A DNA stretch of 64,000 nt from an uncultured Burkholderiales bacterium (GCA_964584305.1 CAZOZL010000007.1:11405-75404), one strand, 5' to 3'; shown: positions 19,525 to 29,365, counted from the stretch's first letter. Notes: generated by a model not told the origin, from the letters alone. Numbers and translations: made by a program.

Positions 19525-20838
19525 ATGCGCACCAAAACACATAAACAAAATAAGATAAATATAGTAACACTGGGTTGTAGCAAAAACTTGGTAGATAGTG
19601 AGGTACTATACAGTCAGCTAAAAGCAAACGACTACGAGGTAGAGCATGAATCAGCGAAAGATGACTCAAACATTATAATAGTAAATACGTGCGGTTTTAT
19701 AGATAATGCCAAGCAAGAAAGTATAGATACTATACTGCGTTATGTTGATGAGAAAGAAGAAGGTAATATTGATAAACTATATGTTACAGGCTGCCTATCG
19801 CAACGCTATAAAGACGATTTAGAAAAAGAAATACCGCAGGTAGATGCTTTTTTTGGCACATTAGAACTGCCCAATATTCTTAAAACATTGGGCGCAGACT
19901 ATAAGCATGATTTAATAGGCGAACGTTTAATAACTACCCCGCAGCACTACGCTTACCTTAAAATATCAGAAGGGTGTAACCGCCCGTGTTCCTTTTGTGC
20001 AATCCCATTAATGCGGGGCAAGCACGTATCAAAACCTATTGAGCAGTTGGTTATCGAAGCTAAAAACTTGGTAAAAAACGGCACAAAAGAATTGATGCTA
20101 ATAGCGCAAGATAGTACCTACTATGGTTTAGACTTGTATGGCAAGCGCAACTTGGCAGATTTGATGCGTAATCTTAGTGATGTGGAAGGATTAGAGTGGA
20201 TACGCTTACATTATGCCTTCCCGTCCCAATTTCCTGTGGATGCTTTGGAAGTAATGGCAGAACGTGAAAATATTTGCAACTATATAGATATACCCTTGCA
20301 ACACGCTACGGATAATATGCTTAAAATTATGCGTAGGGGCATCACTCGCAAACGCTCTGAGGATATAATAGAGACCATTCGTCAAAAAGTACCTAATATC
20401 GGTATTCGTACTACTATGCTGGTGGGACACCCTGGTGAAACCGAAAGCGAGTACAACCAGTTGGTTGATTTTGTAAAACAAATGAAATTTGACCGTTTGG
20501 GAGTATTTACCTACTCGCACGAGGAAAATACGCCTGCACACTCATTGGCTGATGATATACCCGCAGAGGAGAAAGAAGAGCGCGCCGAAAACCTGATGGA
20601 AGTACAGCAAAATATATCATTGGCTATAAACAAACAAAAAGTAGGAAATACCTACAAAGTATTGTTTGATAGGGTAGAAGGCGGGTATTTTGTAGGAAGA
20701 ACAGAATATGACTCTCCCGAAGTAGATAACGAGGTATTAGTAGATGCCAAAAACAACTATGTACGAGTGGGCGATTTTGCCAATATAAAAATTACTAATG
20801 CCGCCGAGTTTGATTTGTATGGCGAGGTTGTTGTTTAA
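19525..20838 (+). CDS. rimO: Ribosomal protein S12 methylthiotransferase
   Basis: TLGCSKNLVDSE, NTCGFI, CNRPCSFC radical-SAM motif and C-terminal TRAM domain. TACTTTTG promoter element at 19508-19515. Confidence 0.97.
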   Translation: MRTKTHKQNKINIVTLGCSKNLVDSEVLYSQLKANDYEVEHESAKDDSNIIIVNTCGFIDNAKQESIDTILRYVDEKEEGNIDKLYVTGCLSQRYKDDLEKEIPQVDAFFGTLELPNILKTLGADYKHDLIGERLITTPQHYAYLKISEGCNRPCSFCAIPLMRGKHVSKPIEQLVIEAKNLVKNGTKELMLIAQDSTYYGLDLYGKRNLADLMRNLSDVEGLEWIRLHYAFPSQFPVDALEVMAERENICNYIDIPLQHATDNMLKIMRRGITRKRSEDIIETIRQKVPNIGIRTTMLVGHPGETESEYNQLVDFVKQMKFDRLGVFTYSHEENTPAHSLADDIPAEEKEERAENLMEVQQNISLAINKQKVGNTYKVLFDRVEGGYFVGRTEYDSPEVDNEVLVDAKNNYVRVGDFANIKITNAAEFDLYGEVVV

Positions 20839-20862
20839 TTTCCACTTAAAAAAATAACAATT

Positions 20863-22473
20863 ATGCAAAGTATAGCTGCCAGCAAAGAGCATCTTACCCA
20901 ATATTATTCTAAAACAGTGGTCGATTATCTAAATCAAGACCCAAAGATTAAAGATTTTTACCAATATGGGCACGATGATGAGGGGTACAAGCAAAAAATA
21001 GCGCAACGTACTTTTGACGATAAATATAGGCTCACATTAGTTAGTATATTACAACAGCAATACAAAGACATATTAAAAGCAGATAGTGCAGTAGCTAAAA
21101 ATATAGCAGCCCTTGCAAACAAAGATACCTTTACTATTACAACAGGGCAGCAAATACATATATATTTAGGACCATTATATGTAGTAAATAAAATACTAAG
21201 CACTATTGCTAAATGTAGAGAACTGGCAAAGCAATATCCAAATAAAAAATTCGTCCCCATATTTTGGATGGCAAGCGAAGACCATGATTTTGAAGAGATA
21301 AACCATATAAAATTATACTATAAAGATTTTGTGTGGCAGGGAGAAGAAGGTTTTAAAGGAGCAGTAGGGCGACTGAACCCTGCAAGCATAAACGAGTTAA
21401 AAGAGCAAATAGGCGAAATAATTAGTAACGATGCTGATGCAACTAAATTATTAGCACTTTTTGCAGAAGCCTATACCAAGTTTAATACCTTAGCAAATGC
21501 CACACGATATGTATTGAATGTTTTATTTGAAGCACAGGGTGTAGTAGTGCTTGATGCTGACGATAAAGAACTAAAACAAATATTAAAACCCTATATACTT
21601 AAAGATGTTTTTGATAGTGAAAACCTTGAAGTAGCACAAGCTACAACTACACAACTCGAAATAAACTATAAGGCACAAATACACCCACGTGAAATAAATT
21701 TTTTTTACCTGACAGCAAAAGGACGTTACCGTATTGCAAAAGAAGGGGATACCTATAAAGCACTTGGTAGCTTTAATATTGAATTTACAAAGCAACAACT
21801 TGAAGCTGAAATAGAGCGACACCCAGAAAATTTTAGCCCTAATGTGTTGCTACGCCCACTGTACCAAGAAATAATACTACCCAATATAGCATACATTGGC
21901 GGTCCTGCTGAGGTGAACTACTGGCTACAACTAAAGGCAGTTTTTAATGCTAACAGTGTTCAGTTTCCAATTATAGAACTGCGTAAATCATTGATACTAC
22001 TGAATGAGAAAACAGAGCAAAGTATTGTAGATATAAGTATGGAGGTTACAGATTTTTTGCAAGATGAGAAAGTAATTATCAAAAACTTTATTCAAAAAAA
22101 CGCTACTGGAATTCCTAATTATGGCAACCATTATAAGGCGGTGGAAGAACAGTTAGAAACCATTAAACAAAAGGCACTTGAAGTAGATAAAAACTTAAAA
22201 CCTTTTTTAGAGGGGGAGTTTAAAAAAATAAGAGACACATTTGGTAAATTAGATGGCAAACTTCAAAAAATTGAGAAGCAAAAGTTCGATAATCAACTAA
22301 AAAAGATAGAAGCTATCAAAAATAAGTTTTTCACATCAGGAAAACTTGCAGAGCGAACAGATACTATACTTTCAGAGCCTCAAATTTGTAATCCACAGGT
22401 AATAGAAAATCTGTTAACAACTTTTGGTAAGCTAAAAAAACCACTCATCATCGTTTTGCCCCCATTAAGATAA
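20863..22473 (+). CDS. bshC: Bacillithiol biosynthesis cysteine-adding enzyme BshC
   Basis: TTGQQ...GPLY, FWMASEDHDFEEI, FSPNVLLRPLYQE and YIGGPAEVNYW. Confidence 0.95.
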   Translation: MQSIAASKEHLTQYYSKTVVDYLNQDPKIKDFYQYGHDDEGYKQKIAQRTFDDKYRLTLVSILQQQYKDILKADSAVAKNIAALANKDTFTITTGQQIHIYLGPLYVVNKILSTIAKCRELAKQYPNKKFVPIFWMASEDHDFEEINHIKLYYKDFVWQGEEGFKGAVGRLNPASINELKEQIGEIISNDADATKLLALFAEAYTKFNTLANATRYVLNVLFEAQGVVVLDADDKELKQILKPYILKDVFDSENLEVAQATTTQLEINYKAQIHPREINFFYLTAKGRYRIAKEGDTYKALGSFNIEFTKQQLEAEIERHPENFSPNVLLRPLYQEIILPNIAYIGGPAEVNYWLQLKAVFNANSVQFPIIELRKSLILLNEKTEQSIVDISMEVTDFLQDEKVIIKNFIQKNATGIPNYGNHYKAVEEQLETIKQKALEVDKNLKPFLEGEFKKIRDTFGKLDGKLQKIEKQKFDNQLKKIEAIKNKFFTSGKLAERTDTILSEPQICNPQVIENLLTTFGKLKKPLIIVLPPLR

Positions 22474-22501
22474 TTCATTACGCATACTCCTTTCCTATTC
22501 T

Positions 22502-22509
22502 TAACTTTG
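22502..22509 (+). promoter_or_regulatory. Bacteroidota -7 promoter element (TAACTTTG) upstream of the gldL-like gene
   Basis: TAnnTTTG 30 bp upstream of the ATG at 22539. Confidence 0.55.
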
Positions 22510-22538
22510 TTGGTAAGAATTAGGCTTAAAAGTGTGTA

Positions 22539-23081
22539 ATGGAAAGAACAAAACCCCAATTTGATTTTTTAAACTTTGTTTATGGTGTTGGTGCAGCAGT
22601 AGTAATACTAGGTGCAATAGCCAAATTTTTAGACTGGAGATATGCCGACGAAATATTTATTACTGGTTTGGGAACCGAAGTAATGGTATTTATCGTTTCA
22701 TCATTCAGGTTTAAAAGCAAAAAAAATGAATACAAGTGGGAAAAAGTTTTCCCAGGTATTTTAGAAGGTAGTGATGAGGAATTTAAAGCCTATGACCAAG
22801 TGGGTATGAATAACGAAATTGTTAAACGCAATACTGACTACCTCGAATCAAAACTTACACAAATGGAAGAGAATATTGATAAACTAAACGATGTATTCTC
22901 ACTACTCACACGCTCTATTGAAGGGATGAATACTGGTATCAAAAAACTTGAAGATGCAAACAATGGCTACGAAGGGCAAATGACCGAATTGAAAAAGAAC
23001 TTGAGCAGAATGAATGATTTTTATACCGATTTTAATGAGGTTATGGTGTATAAAAACAAAAAAGAAGAAGTTAAGAAATAA
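22539..23081 (+). CDS. gldL: GldL/PorL-family motor subunit (divergent, short paralogue)
   Basis: NFVYGVGAAVVILGAIAK...GLGTE...WEKVFP two-TM signature followed by a cytoplasmic coiled coil. Confidence 0.85.
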   Translation: MERTKPQFDFLNFVYGVGAAVVILGAIAKFLDWRYADEIFITGLGTEVMVFIVSSFRFKSKKNEYKWEKVFPGILEGSDEEFKAYDQVGMNNEIVKRNTDYLESKLTQMEENIDKLNDVFSLLTRSIEGMNTGIKKLEDANNGYEGQMTELKKNLSRMNDFYTDFNEVMVYKNKKEEVKK

Positions 23082-23102
23082 TTGAGCAGATAGAAGTAAA
23101 TA

Positions 23103-24647
23103 ATGTTTAACGTAGAAAATAGCGATTTAAGGCAAAAACTCATTAACTTGATGTATTTGGTATTTATTACCTTAGCCTTTATTTATTTACCGTCAGACTT
23201 TATTGATGCAACAAAATATATACAAAACTCATTTGTACAAACAGAAAAAGAATACAATACTAAAGTTGAAGCAAATCAAGGTTTACTAAAAGAGAGCTTA
23301 TACATAAACACCCCATTGGCAGAAGACTATTATAATATTTTAAATGTCTCAATTGATATTGACTCTACTGATGCACATATAAACAGGATGCTGCAAACTA
23401 TACAAAGCACAGTAGGAGGAAATAATGAATATGGATTTTTAAACAATTCGAAAAACTTTTTGTTAGGAAACGATTTAATTGTTAATAGCGGCGATGCTAC
23501 CATACTGCAAAGGCAAATAGAAAAAGTAAAGCAAAAGATAAAAGGATATGATTTAAAAAATGTAACCCCATTTTTAGACGATATTTTACCCACTTCTATT
23601 GATTTAAAGAATGCAGTAGGGAAAGAAAAGAGTTGGGAGAATTTCTTTTTCTCAAAAACGCCGATAGCGGTAATTAGTACAAATTTGCAAAAAATAAAAT
23701 CAGACTTAGCATATACAAAATTTAAGTTGGTGGAGTATTTGGTGAGCAATGTGAGCAAGGGGGAATCAAACAAAAAAATAAGTATATTGTCAAGTAACTC
23801 AATAGCGGTGGAGGTGTTAGCAGCAAAAAGTTTTTTATTAGGCGATAAAGTAGCTTTTAAAGTGATTTTGCTTGACTCTACAAAAGGCGCAGGCGCAGGC
23901 AATGGATATAAAAATGTTAAAGCCTACATAAAAAAGGGGAGAAACATTGTAAAAAAATTAAAAATAGGCAAAGGGGGGGTAATAAGCTATTTGGCAAATG
24001 AATCGGGAACTTTTAAGCTAATAGTTAAAGATACAGCCAATACTTCAACCCTTAAATTTGTAGTTAAAAATTTAAGAACTGCCTTTACTGAAAAAAATAG
24101 CCCTGAGGAGATGTATATGGGTATTGATAATCCTATACAAATAGAGGCAAGTGAGATAGACCTGAATAGTATTGAAACTGAAATAGATTTAGGCGAGGTT
24201 ATCCCTTTTGGTGGGAAATATTATTTGCGCTTTCAATCAGAAGGTATAGCGCATTTAAAAGTATATTCGGCCAATAAAGATGGGCGATACTTAGTAGTAC
24301 AAAAGACATATAAAGTAAAAAAATTACCCAATCCTGTGGTAACCATCGATGGAAAATCGGGCGGCAGCATATCACAAAAAATACTGCAAGTACAGGATAA
24401 ACTTGTAGCCCAATCTACTCTGATAACTGTTGAGGATGTGTATAATATTCTTAGCTTTGAAGTGATTAGAGTACACAGAAGGGGAAAGGATGTAGCAGTT
24501 AATAGAGGGGGTGTTTTTGGGTATGAAACAAGAAAGCTATTAAGGGAAACAAATAGTGGAGATTTAGTTATTATTGATAATATAAAAATAAAAGCAACCG
24601 ACGGTACTTTAAAAGAAGTGAGTCCCGTTGTATTTAGTGTGAAATAG
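23103..24647 (+). CDS. gldM: GldM/PorM-family motor subunit (divergent paralogue)
   Basis: RQKLINLMYLVF TM signature, SWENFFFSKTP helical domain, MYMGIDNPI, and C-terminal LPNP...GDLVIIDNIK. Confidence 0.85.
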   Translation: MFNVENSDLRQKLINLMYLVFITLAFIYLPSDFIDATKYIQNSFVQTEKEYNTKVEANQGLLKESLYINTPLAEDYYNILNVSIDIDSTDAHINRMLQTIQSTVGGNNEYGFLNNSKNFLLGNDLIVNSGDATILQRQIEKVKQKIKGYDLKNVTPFLDDILPTSIDLKNAVGKEKSWENFFFSKTPIAVISTNLQKIKSDLAYTKFKLVEYLVSNVSKGESNKKISILSSNSIAVEVLAAKSFLLGDKVAFKVILLDSTKGAGAGNGYKNVKAYIKKGRNIVKKLKIGKGGVISYLANESGTFKLIVKDTANTSTLKFVVKNLRTAFTEKNSPEEMYMGIDNPIQIEASEIDLNSIETEIDLGEVIPFGGKYYLRFQSEGIAHLKVYSANKDGRYLVVQKTYKVKKLPNPVVTIDGKSGGSISQKILQVQDKLVAQSTLITVEDVYNILSFEVIRVHRRGKDVAVNRGGVFGYETRKLLRETNSGDLVIIDNIKIKATDGTLKEVSPVVFSVK

Positions 24648-26812
24648 TGAAGAAAGTGTTGAAATATTGTGTTTTAGTTATTGCTATATTTGCTTTGCAA
24701 TTTTGTAAAGCGGGTGAGGATAGTACTGCTTTTACTCCTTTGGGTGGCAATATTTTTACGAATAGAACCTTAGAAAAGGGGCGTTATCTAATAAGCAGTA
24801 ACCTACGCATAGGTAAAGATGCTACACTAACCGTAGAAGCAGGTAGCCAACTAATTTTTAACCCTGGAACAGAAATAGTTGTTTTGGGTGGAATTGTAAT
24901 AAAAGGAACGCCCAATAACTTTGTTAAAGTATATAGCCTTAATGCCAGTGAAGAGGGTATAGGTATTAATATTACTGGCGATAATGCAAGTAAAGAGGTG
25001 ATGATAGAATACGCTAATTTCTCCTCGTTGTTACGCCCGTTTACTTTTGATAATAAGTGGTATAGAAACAAGGTAAGTATTACCTACTCACAATTTAAAA
25101 ACATTAACACAAACGATGCAGCTATTTTAGTTGCTGATGCTGAACACTTAAAAAATAAAACGATCGTTCCGTTTGAGTTTTCTCACAATGTATTTGCTGA
25201 TAATTTTAGCAATATCCATATCCATAATTTTTCCACATACAATATTGCGTACACCATTACCAACAATGTTTTTTATAACAACTCATACTACGATTATAGA
25301 GGTAGAGTAAAAAACAACCCTATATATGGAAACATTGATGATGACGAGAATAAGCTGCAAATGAAGTTTGAAAACAATGTTTTGATAAACAATACTGTTT
25401 TCCATGATGTGGCAGACACTCTTTTTGATTATTCAGGCTTTGGAGTTGAAGGTACAGCACAACTTATTTCAATACAAAACAACTATTGGGGTAGTAACGT
25501 GAGCAGGGCAGAGATAGAGCAAAGAACTTTTGGATTTAATAAAGATAAATTTGCCCCCAGCATAAATGTAGCACCCTATCTTAAAAAATCTCCCAGAACA
25601 AGTGCATTTATTGAAAAAGTAGAGGTGGATGGGCAGGAGTTTGATTTTAATTTACCCGCAATAGATTATATAGGTAAGCCAATAATTATCTATTTCTCGA
25701 AACCATTGGCAAAAAAACAAAGAGAAGCCCTTGCTGTGGTGTACCTTGATACATCAATAGGAAAAGTACTAAGCCAAAGAATAAGCAACTACCAGTTTAA
25801 TTATAATAACGGTGCAAAAACCGCTACACTGCTAATTGAAAAAGTAGAAGGGATAGAACACGCATTTTATCTAAAATTAAGCAACTTAATAGACGAGGAA
25901 GGCTTTGAGCTACCCAGTTGGGATTTTGGACGGTTTTATTTAAATAAAATATTTGGCAAGTATAAAAATGATAGGAATATTAACCTTGATTTATTTTTTG
26001 CTAATGCGGCACTTTGGAAAACCCCACCACAACAAGGCGAGTTTGAAACAATAGACCCAATGTTTAAAAACCTTGAAAAAAAGAAAAGAACGTTTGAAAT
26101 TGGTTTAATGAACGGGGTTACTAATTATTTTGGCGATTTAAGTACAAGTACTTTTAATCGTGATGAGATTAATTACGCCATAGGGTTACGCTTTAGATAT
26201 AACTTTAGAAAACGCTACTCCATTCGTGGAATGTTTGATTATGGTAGTTTAAGCGGTAGCGACAGACACTCGCAAAGCGATTTAAAACGTAGTAGAAACC
26301 TTAGTTTTCAATCAGTGTTATATGCTATTTCAGGGCAATTTGAGTACCATCTAAATAATTATGTATTTACTGATAGGTACAGGTTTATTCCAAGTATAAG
26401 CACGGGTTTTACTTTATTCCATTTCCGACCAACAGCAACAGTAGATGGTAAAACCTATGATTTAAATGCACTGGGAACAGAAGGGCAAACCTTACCTGGT
26501 GGGGCGGGTAAATACAATCTTACACAATTTGCCCTGCCTGTAAGTGCAAGCCTTAAAACAATGGTAGGGTATCACTTTATTCTCGAAATGGAGATTAATT
26601 TTATAAAAACATTCACCGATTATTTAGATGATGTAAGTGGTTTTTATCCAAACATAGGCAGTATACAGGCACAAAACCCAAGCGAGGATGCCGCAGCAAT
26701 TGGGAGCATAGTAAAGCCCTCATCACGTTTTAACGAAGGCGATATAAGGGGCGATCCTGATAAAAAAGACTGGTATTTGATATTAGGGTTAACATTATCA
26801 TACAGGTTTTAA
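24647..26812 (+). CDS. Fusion: parallel beta-helix + Ig-like domain + DUF6089 (PorG-like) outer-membrane barrel
   Basis: Signal peptide; N/F-rich beta-helix repeats ending NNYWG; IYFSKPL...LIDEEG Ig-like segment; barrel NYFGDL...RNLSFQS...LGTEGQ...TFTDYLDDVS...GDPDKKDWY...LSYRF. The GTG start overlaps the gldM stop. Confidence 0.7.
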   Translation: MKKVLKYCVLVIAIFALQFCKAGEDSTAFTPLGGNIFTNRTLEKGRYLISSNLRIGKDATLTVEAGSQLIFNPGTEIVVLGGIVIKGTPNNFVKVYSLNASEEGIGINITGDNASKEVMIEYANFSSLLRPFTFDNKWYRNKVSITYSQFKNINTNDAAILVADAEHLKNKTIVPFEFSHNVFADNFSNIHIHNFSTYNIAYTITNNVFYNNSYYDYRGRVKNNPIYGNIDDDENKLQMKFENNVLINNTVFHDVADTLFDYSGFGVEGTAQLISIQNNYWGSNVSRAEIEQRTFGFNKDKFAPSINVAPYLKKSPRTSAFIEKVEVDGQEFDFNLPAIDYIGKPIIIYFSKPLAKKQREALAVVYLDTSIGKVLSQRISNYQFNYNNGAKTATLLIEKVEGIEHAFYLKLSNLIDEEGFELPSWDFGRFYLNKIFGKYKNDRNINLDLFFANAALWKTPPQQGEFETIDPMFKNLEKKKRTFEIGLMNGVTNYFGDLSTSTFNRDEINYAIGLRFRYNFRKRYSIRGMFDYGSLSGSDRHSQSDLKRSRNLSFQSVLYAISGQFEYHLNNYVFTDRYRFIPSISTGFTLFHFRPTATVDGKTYDLNALGTEGQTLPGGAGKYNLTQFALPVSASLKTMVGYHFILEMEINFIKTFTDYLDDVSGFYPNIGSIQAQNPSEDAAAIGSIVKPSSRFNEGDIRGDPDKKDWYLILGLTLSYRF

Positions 26813-27067
26813 ACAACTAACCAGTATAGTTGTTTACTAAAATATACGATTTGACAATAGACTAAAATAACTGAATATAGGGGCTATATACCTTAACAAA
26901 GTACCGTTTTTGTTGCCCTTTGGGTGCATACATGATAACTGGCACTTAAATTAATTAGTATGCGAATGCTAAAAAGACCACTATAATCACTATTTTCGTT
27001 AATAACTAAGTGAAGAGAAAAAAGTAACAAAAATTATTATTGAATAAAGATTTACACTATTTTTATA

Positions 27068-28591
27068 ATGAAAGCAATCATAAAACTAAGTTTGGCGTTA
27101 GCATTGGCTAGCTTAATAGCTATGCCAGCAATTGGACAAAGGAAGTCTAATTCGTCAGAGTCGAAATCGTCAAAAAAATCATCTAAATCCAAAGCTGCAC
27201 GTTTTCTTTTTACAAAAGAGTCAAAACGTATGGCGGTAGGGATTCAAGCAGGTACATCTCTTTTCCATGGAGATGCTGACAAGTTAAGGTTAGGCTGGGC
27301 TTTAGGGGCTAACTTTCGCTACAATGCCTCTCACGTTTTAGGATTTAGAGCATTATTTAATGTAGGACGGGTGAGAAGTGGATTAACTAATCCTGGTGGT
27401 TCTAACTTTAGTGACTATGATTTTACCTCAAATGTTTTTGAGTACCAAGGGCAAATTATACTGACCGTAGGTAATATATCCTTTTTTAAAGAACACTGGA
27501 AGTGGAATATGTACACATTTGCTGGTGTTGGGCAAGTTATTATGAATAGTAAAACAGAATCAATAAGTGCTGATACTAATCGTACCCAAATTAATAAAAA
27601 TTATGACAGAACACATATTGCCTTTACCTATGGTATAGGTGTAAAACGAAATATTAATAAACGTTGGGATATTGGATTAGAATACGGAATGCGTTGGGTG
27701 CGTACTGACTCAATGGATATTATTAATGCGGCTATTCACCGTAACCGTAAATTTGATGCTTATTCGCTACCACAATTAATAATTAATTTTAAGATTGGTA
27801 AAAATGGAAGAGAGCATTTAGATTGGATTAACCCAATTGCCAGTGTGTATGAAGAAATAATAGGCTTAGAAGAAAAAATAGATAGATTAGATAAAGATAG
27901 TGATAATGATGGTGTTCCAGATCGTTTTGATAAAGAAGAAAACACACCCGAAGGTGCTAAAGTATGGGGCAGTGGTGAGGCTGTTGATTTAGATAACGAT
28001 GGTGTACCTGATATTAACGACCAAGAGCCTAATACCCCTCCAGGTGCTAAAGTTGACCCAAATACAGGTATGGCAGAAGACGAAGACGGTGATGGTGTCC
28101 CCGATATTTTAGACTTATCTCCTAATACAGACCCTAAGTACATGGTAAACCATCAAGGTATTCCTATCATGTCAAAAGACGCTTCAACCAATATAGTAAA
28201 TAATAAAGGCGATAATATAGTAACCAATATTGGTGGTAATATTAGCGGAGGAGGGATATTCTTTCTTCCTGCTGTTTTCTTTGCTACGGATATAGACGAA
28301 CCTTATCCAACACACTTGGTTGATTTACAGAATGTTGCCGAAGCAATGAAATACAATCCTAATATTAAATTGCAAGTAATAGGTAATGCCGATTTACGTA
28401 ATAGCGATAAATATAACTTGCGCTTAGCACAGCGCCGTGCTGATAACGTAAAGAAAATATTAGTGAAATTTGGTGTAGCAGCATCACGCCTAATAACTAA
28501 AACCAATGGCGAGCGTGTACCTATTATAACAGGTTCATCGCCAATGCACCTACAAGCCAATCGCCGTGTGCAGTTTTTTATAATGCGATAA
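27068..28591 (+). CDS. OmpA-family protein (N-terminal barrel, TSP3 Ca-binding repeats, C-terminal peptidoglycan-binding domain)
   Basis: DSDNDGVPD, DLDNDGVPD and DEDGDGVPD repeats; YNLRLAQRRA...NRRV. Confidence 0.9.
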   Translation: MKAIIKLSLALALASLIAMPAIGQRKSNSSESKSSKKSSKSKAARFLFTKESKRMAVGIQAGTSLFHGDADKLRLGWALGANFRYNASHVLGFRALFNVGRVRSGLTNPGGSNFSDYDFTSNVFEYQGQIILTVGNISFFKEHWKWNMYTFAGVGQVIMNSKTESISADTNRTQINKNYDRTHIAFTYGIGVKRNINKRWDIGLEYGMRWVRTDSMDIINAAIHRNRKFDAYSLPQLIINFKIGKNGREHLDWINPIASVYEEIIGLEEKIDRLDKDSDNDGVPDRFDKEENTPEGAKVWGSGEAVDLDNDGVPDINDQEPNTPPGAKVDPNTGMAEDEDGDGVPDILDLSPNTDPKYMVNHQGIPIMSKDASTNIVNNKGDNIVTNIGGNISGGGIFFLPAVFFATDIDEPYPTHLVDLQNVAEAMKYNPNIKLQVIGNADLRNSDKYNLRLAQRRADNVKKILVKFGVAASRLITKTNGERVPIITGSSPMHLQANRRVQFFIMR

Positions 28592-28610
28592 TTTCAGTAA
28601 ATCTTAATTA

Positions 28611-28645
28611 AAAAAACGTCGGGCTTATTAGTCTGGCGTTTTTTT
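28611..28645 (+). terminator. Intrinsic terminator after the ompA-like gene
   Basis: AAAAAACGTCGGGC/GTCTGGCGTTTTTT stem with G-U pairs, plus T-run. Confidence 0.65.
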
Positions 28646-28648
28646 ATG

Positions 28649-28770
28649 CCCGTCATTTCGAGAAAGCCAAATTGCAGCATAGGTAAAAACTGCAATACAT
28701 TGGTAGGAGTTAATTAATAAAATGATATCCTGCCTATGCCATTCAGGCGGGCTTCATCAACCTAAGAAGG
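28649..28770 (-). repeat. Partial, rearranged copy of the 55.8-56.5 kb repeat unit
   Basis: 28664-28711 matches the reverse complement of the unit segment AACCCCTACCAATGTATTG...TTTGGCTT. CCCGTCATTTCGAG and CCTAAGAAGG pieces are also present. Confidence 0.75.
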
Positions 28771-28828
28771 TTCTCTTGTCAAAGGAGTGGCTGAGAGAGG
28801 CAAAAATGCACTAAATTACCCTAAGCTG

Positions 28829-29365
28829 TTAACTACCCCTCAAAGCACTAACAATATGCCACAATGCCACCGCAGTGGCTACCGAGATATTTAAGGAGTG
28901 TTTAGTGCCGTGCTGTGGTATTTCAATCAAAATATCACAAGCATTTACAGCTTCTTGGCTCACACCATCTACCTCGCTGCCTGCTATTAGTGCAATTTTC
29001 TCATCAGCAGCAATAGTCCATTCATTAAGTAATGTGCTGCCTTCGGTTTGTTCTAACCCTGCAATAGTATAGCCTTGTTGTTTCAATTGTGCAATGGCGG
29101 TTACAGTATCAGGGTAGTGTTTCCAATCTACACTTAAATCAGAACCTAACGCCGTTTTTGTAATTTCTTTATGCGGTGGTTTCCCTGTTATTCCACACAA
29201 GTAAATAGCTTCTAAAGCAAAGGCATCAGTAGTTCTAAACACAGAACCCACATTATGCAAACTGCGGATATTATCCAGCACTACCACTACATTTAGTTTA
29301 TTTATATTTTTATATTCATCAACAGTCAACCTGTTTAGCTCAATATTTTTTAATTTGCGGACCAT
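28829..29365 (-). CDS. SpoU/TrmH-family RNA methyltransferase
   Basis: VLDNIRSLHNVGSVFRT, GSEVDGV and IPQHGTKHSLNISVA. Confidence 0.92.
   Translation of the reverse strand: MVRKLKNIELNRLTVDEYKNINKLNVVVVLDNIRSLHNVGSVFRTTDAFALEAIYLCGITGKPPHKEITKTALGSDLSVDWKHYPDTVTAIAQLKQQGYTIAGLEQTEGSTLLNEWTIAADEKIALIAGSEVDGVSQEAVNACDILIEIPQHGTKHSLNISVATAVALWHIVSALRGS

Noticed and set aside
20863-22473. Bacillithiol gene in a Gram-negative organism as a novelty
   Set aside because: bshC is known to be widespread in Bacteroidota.
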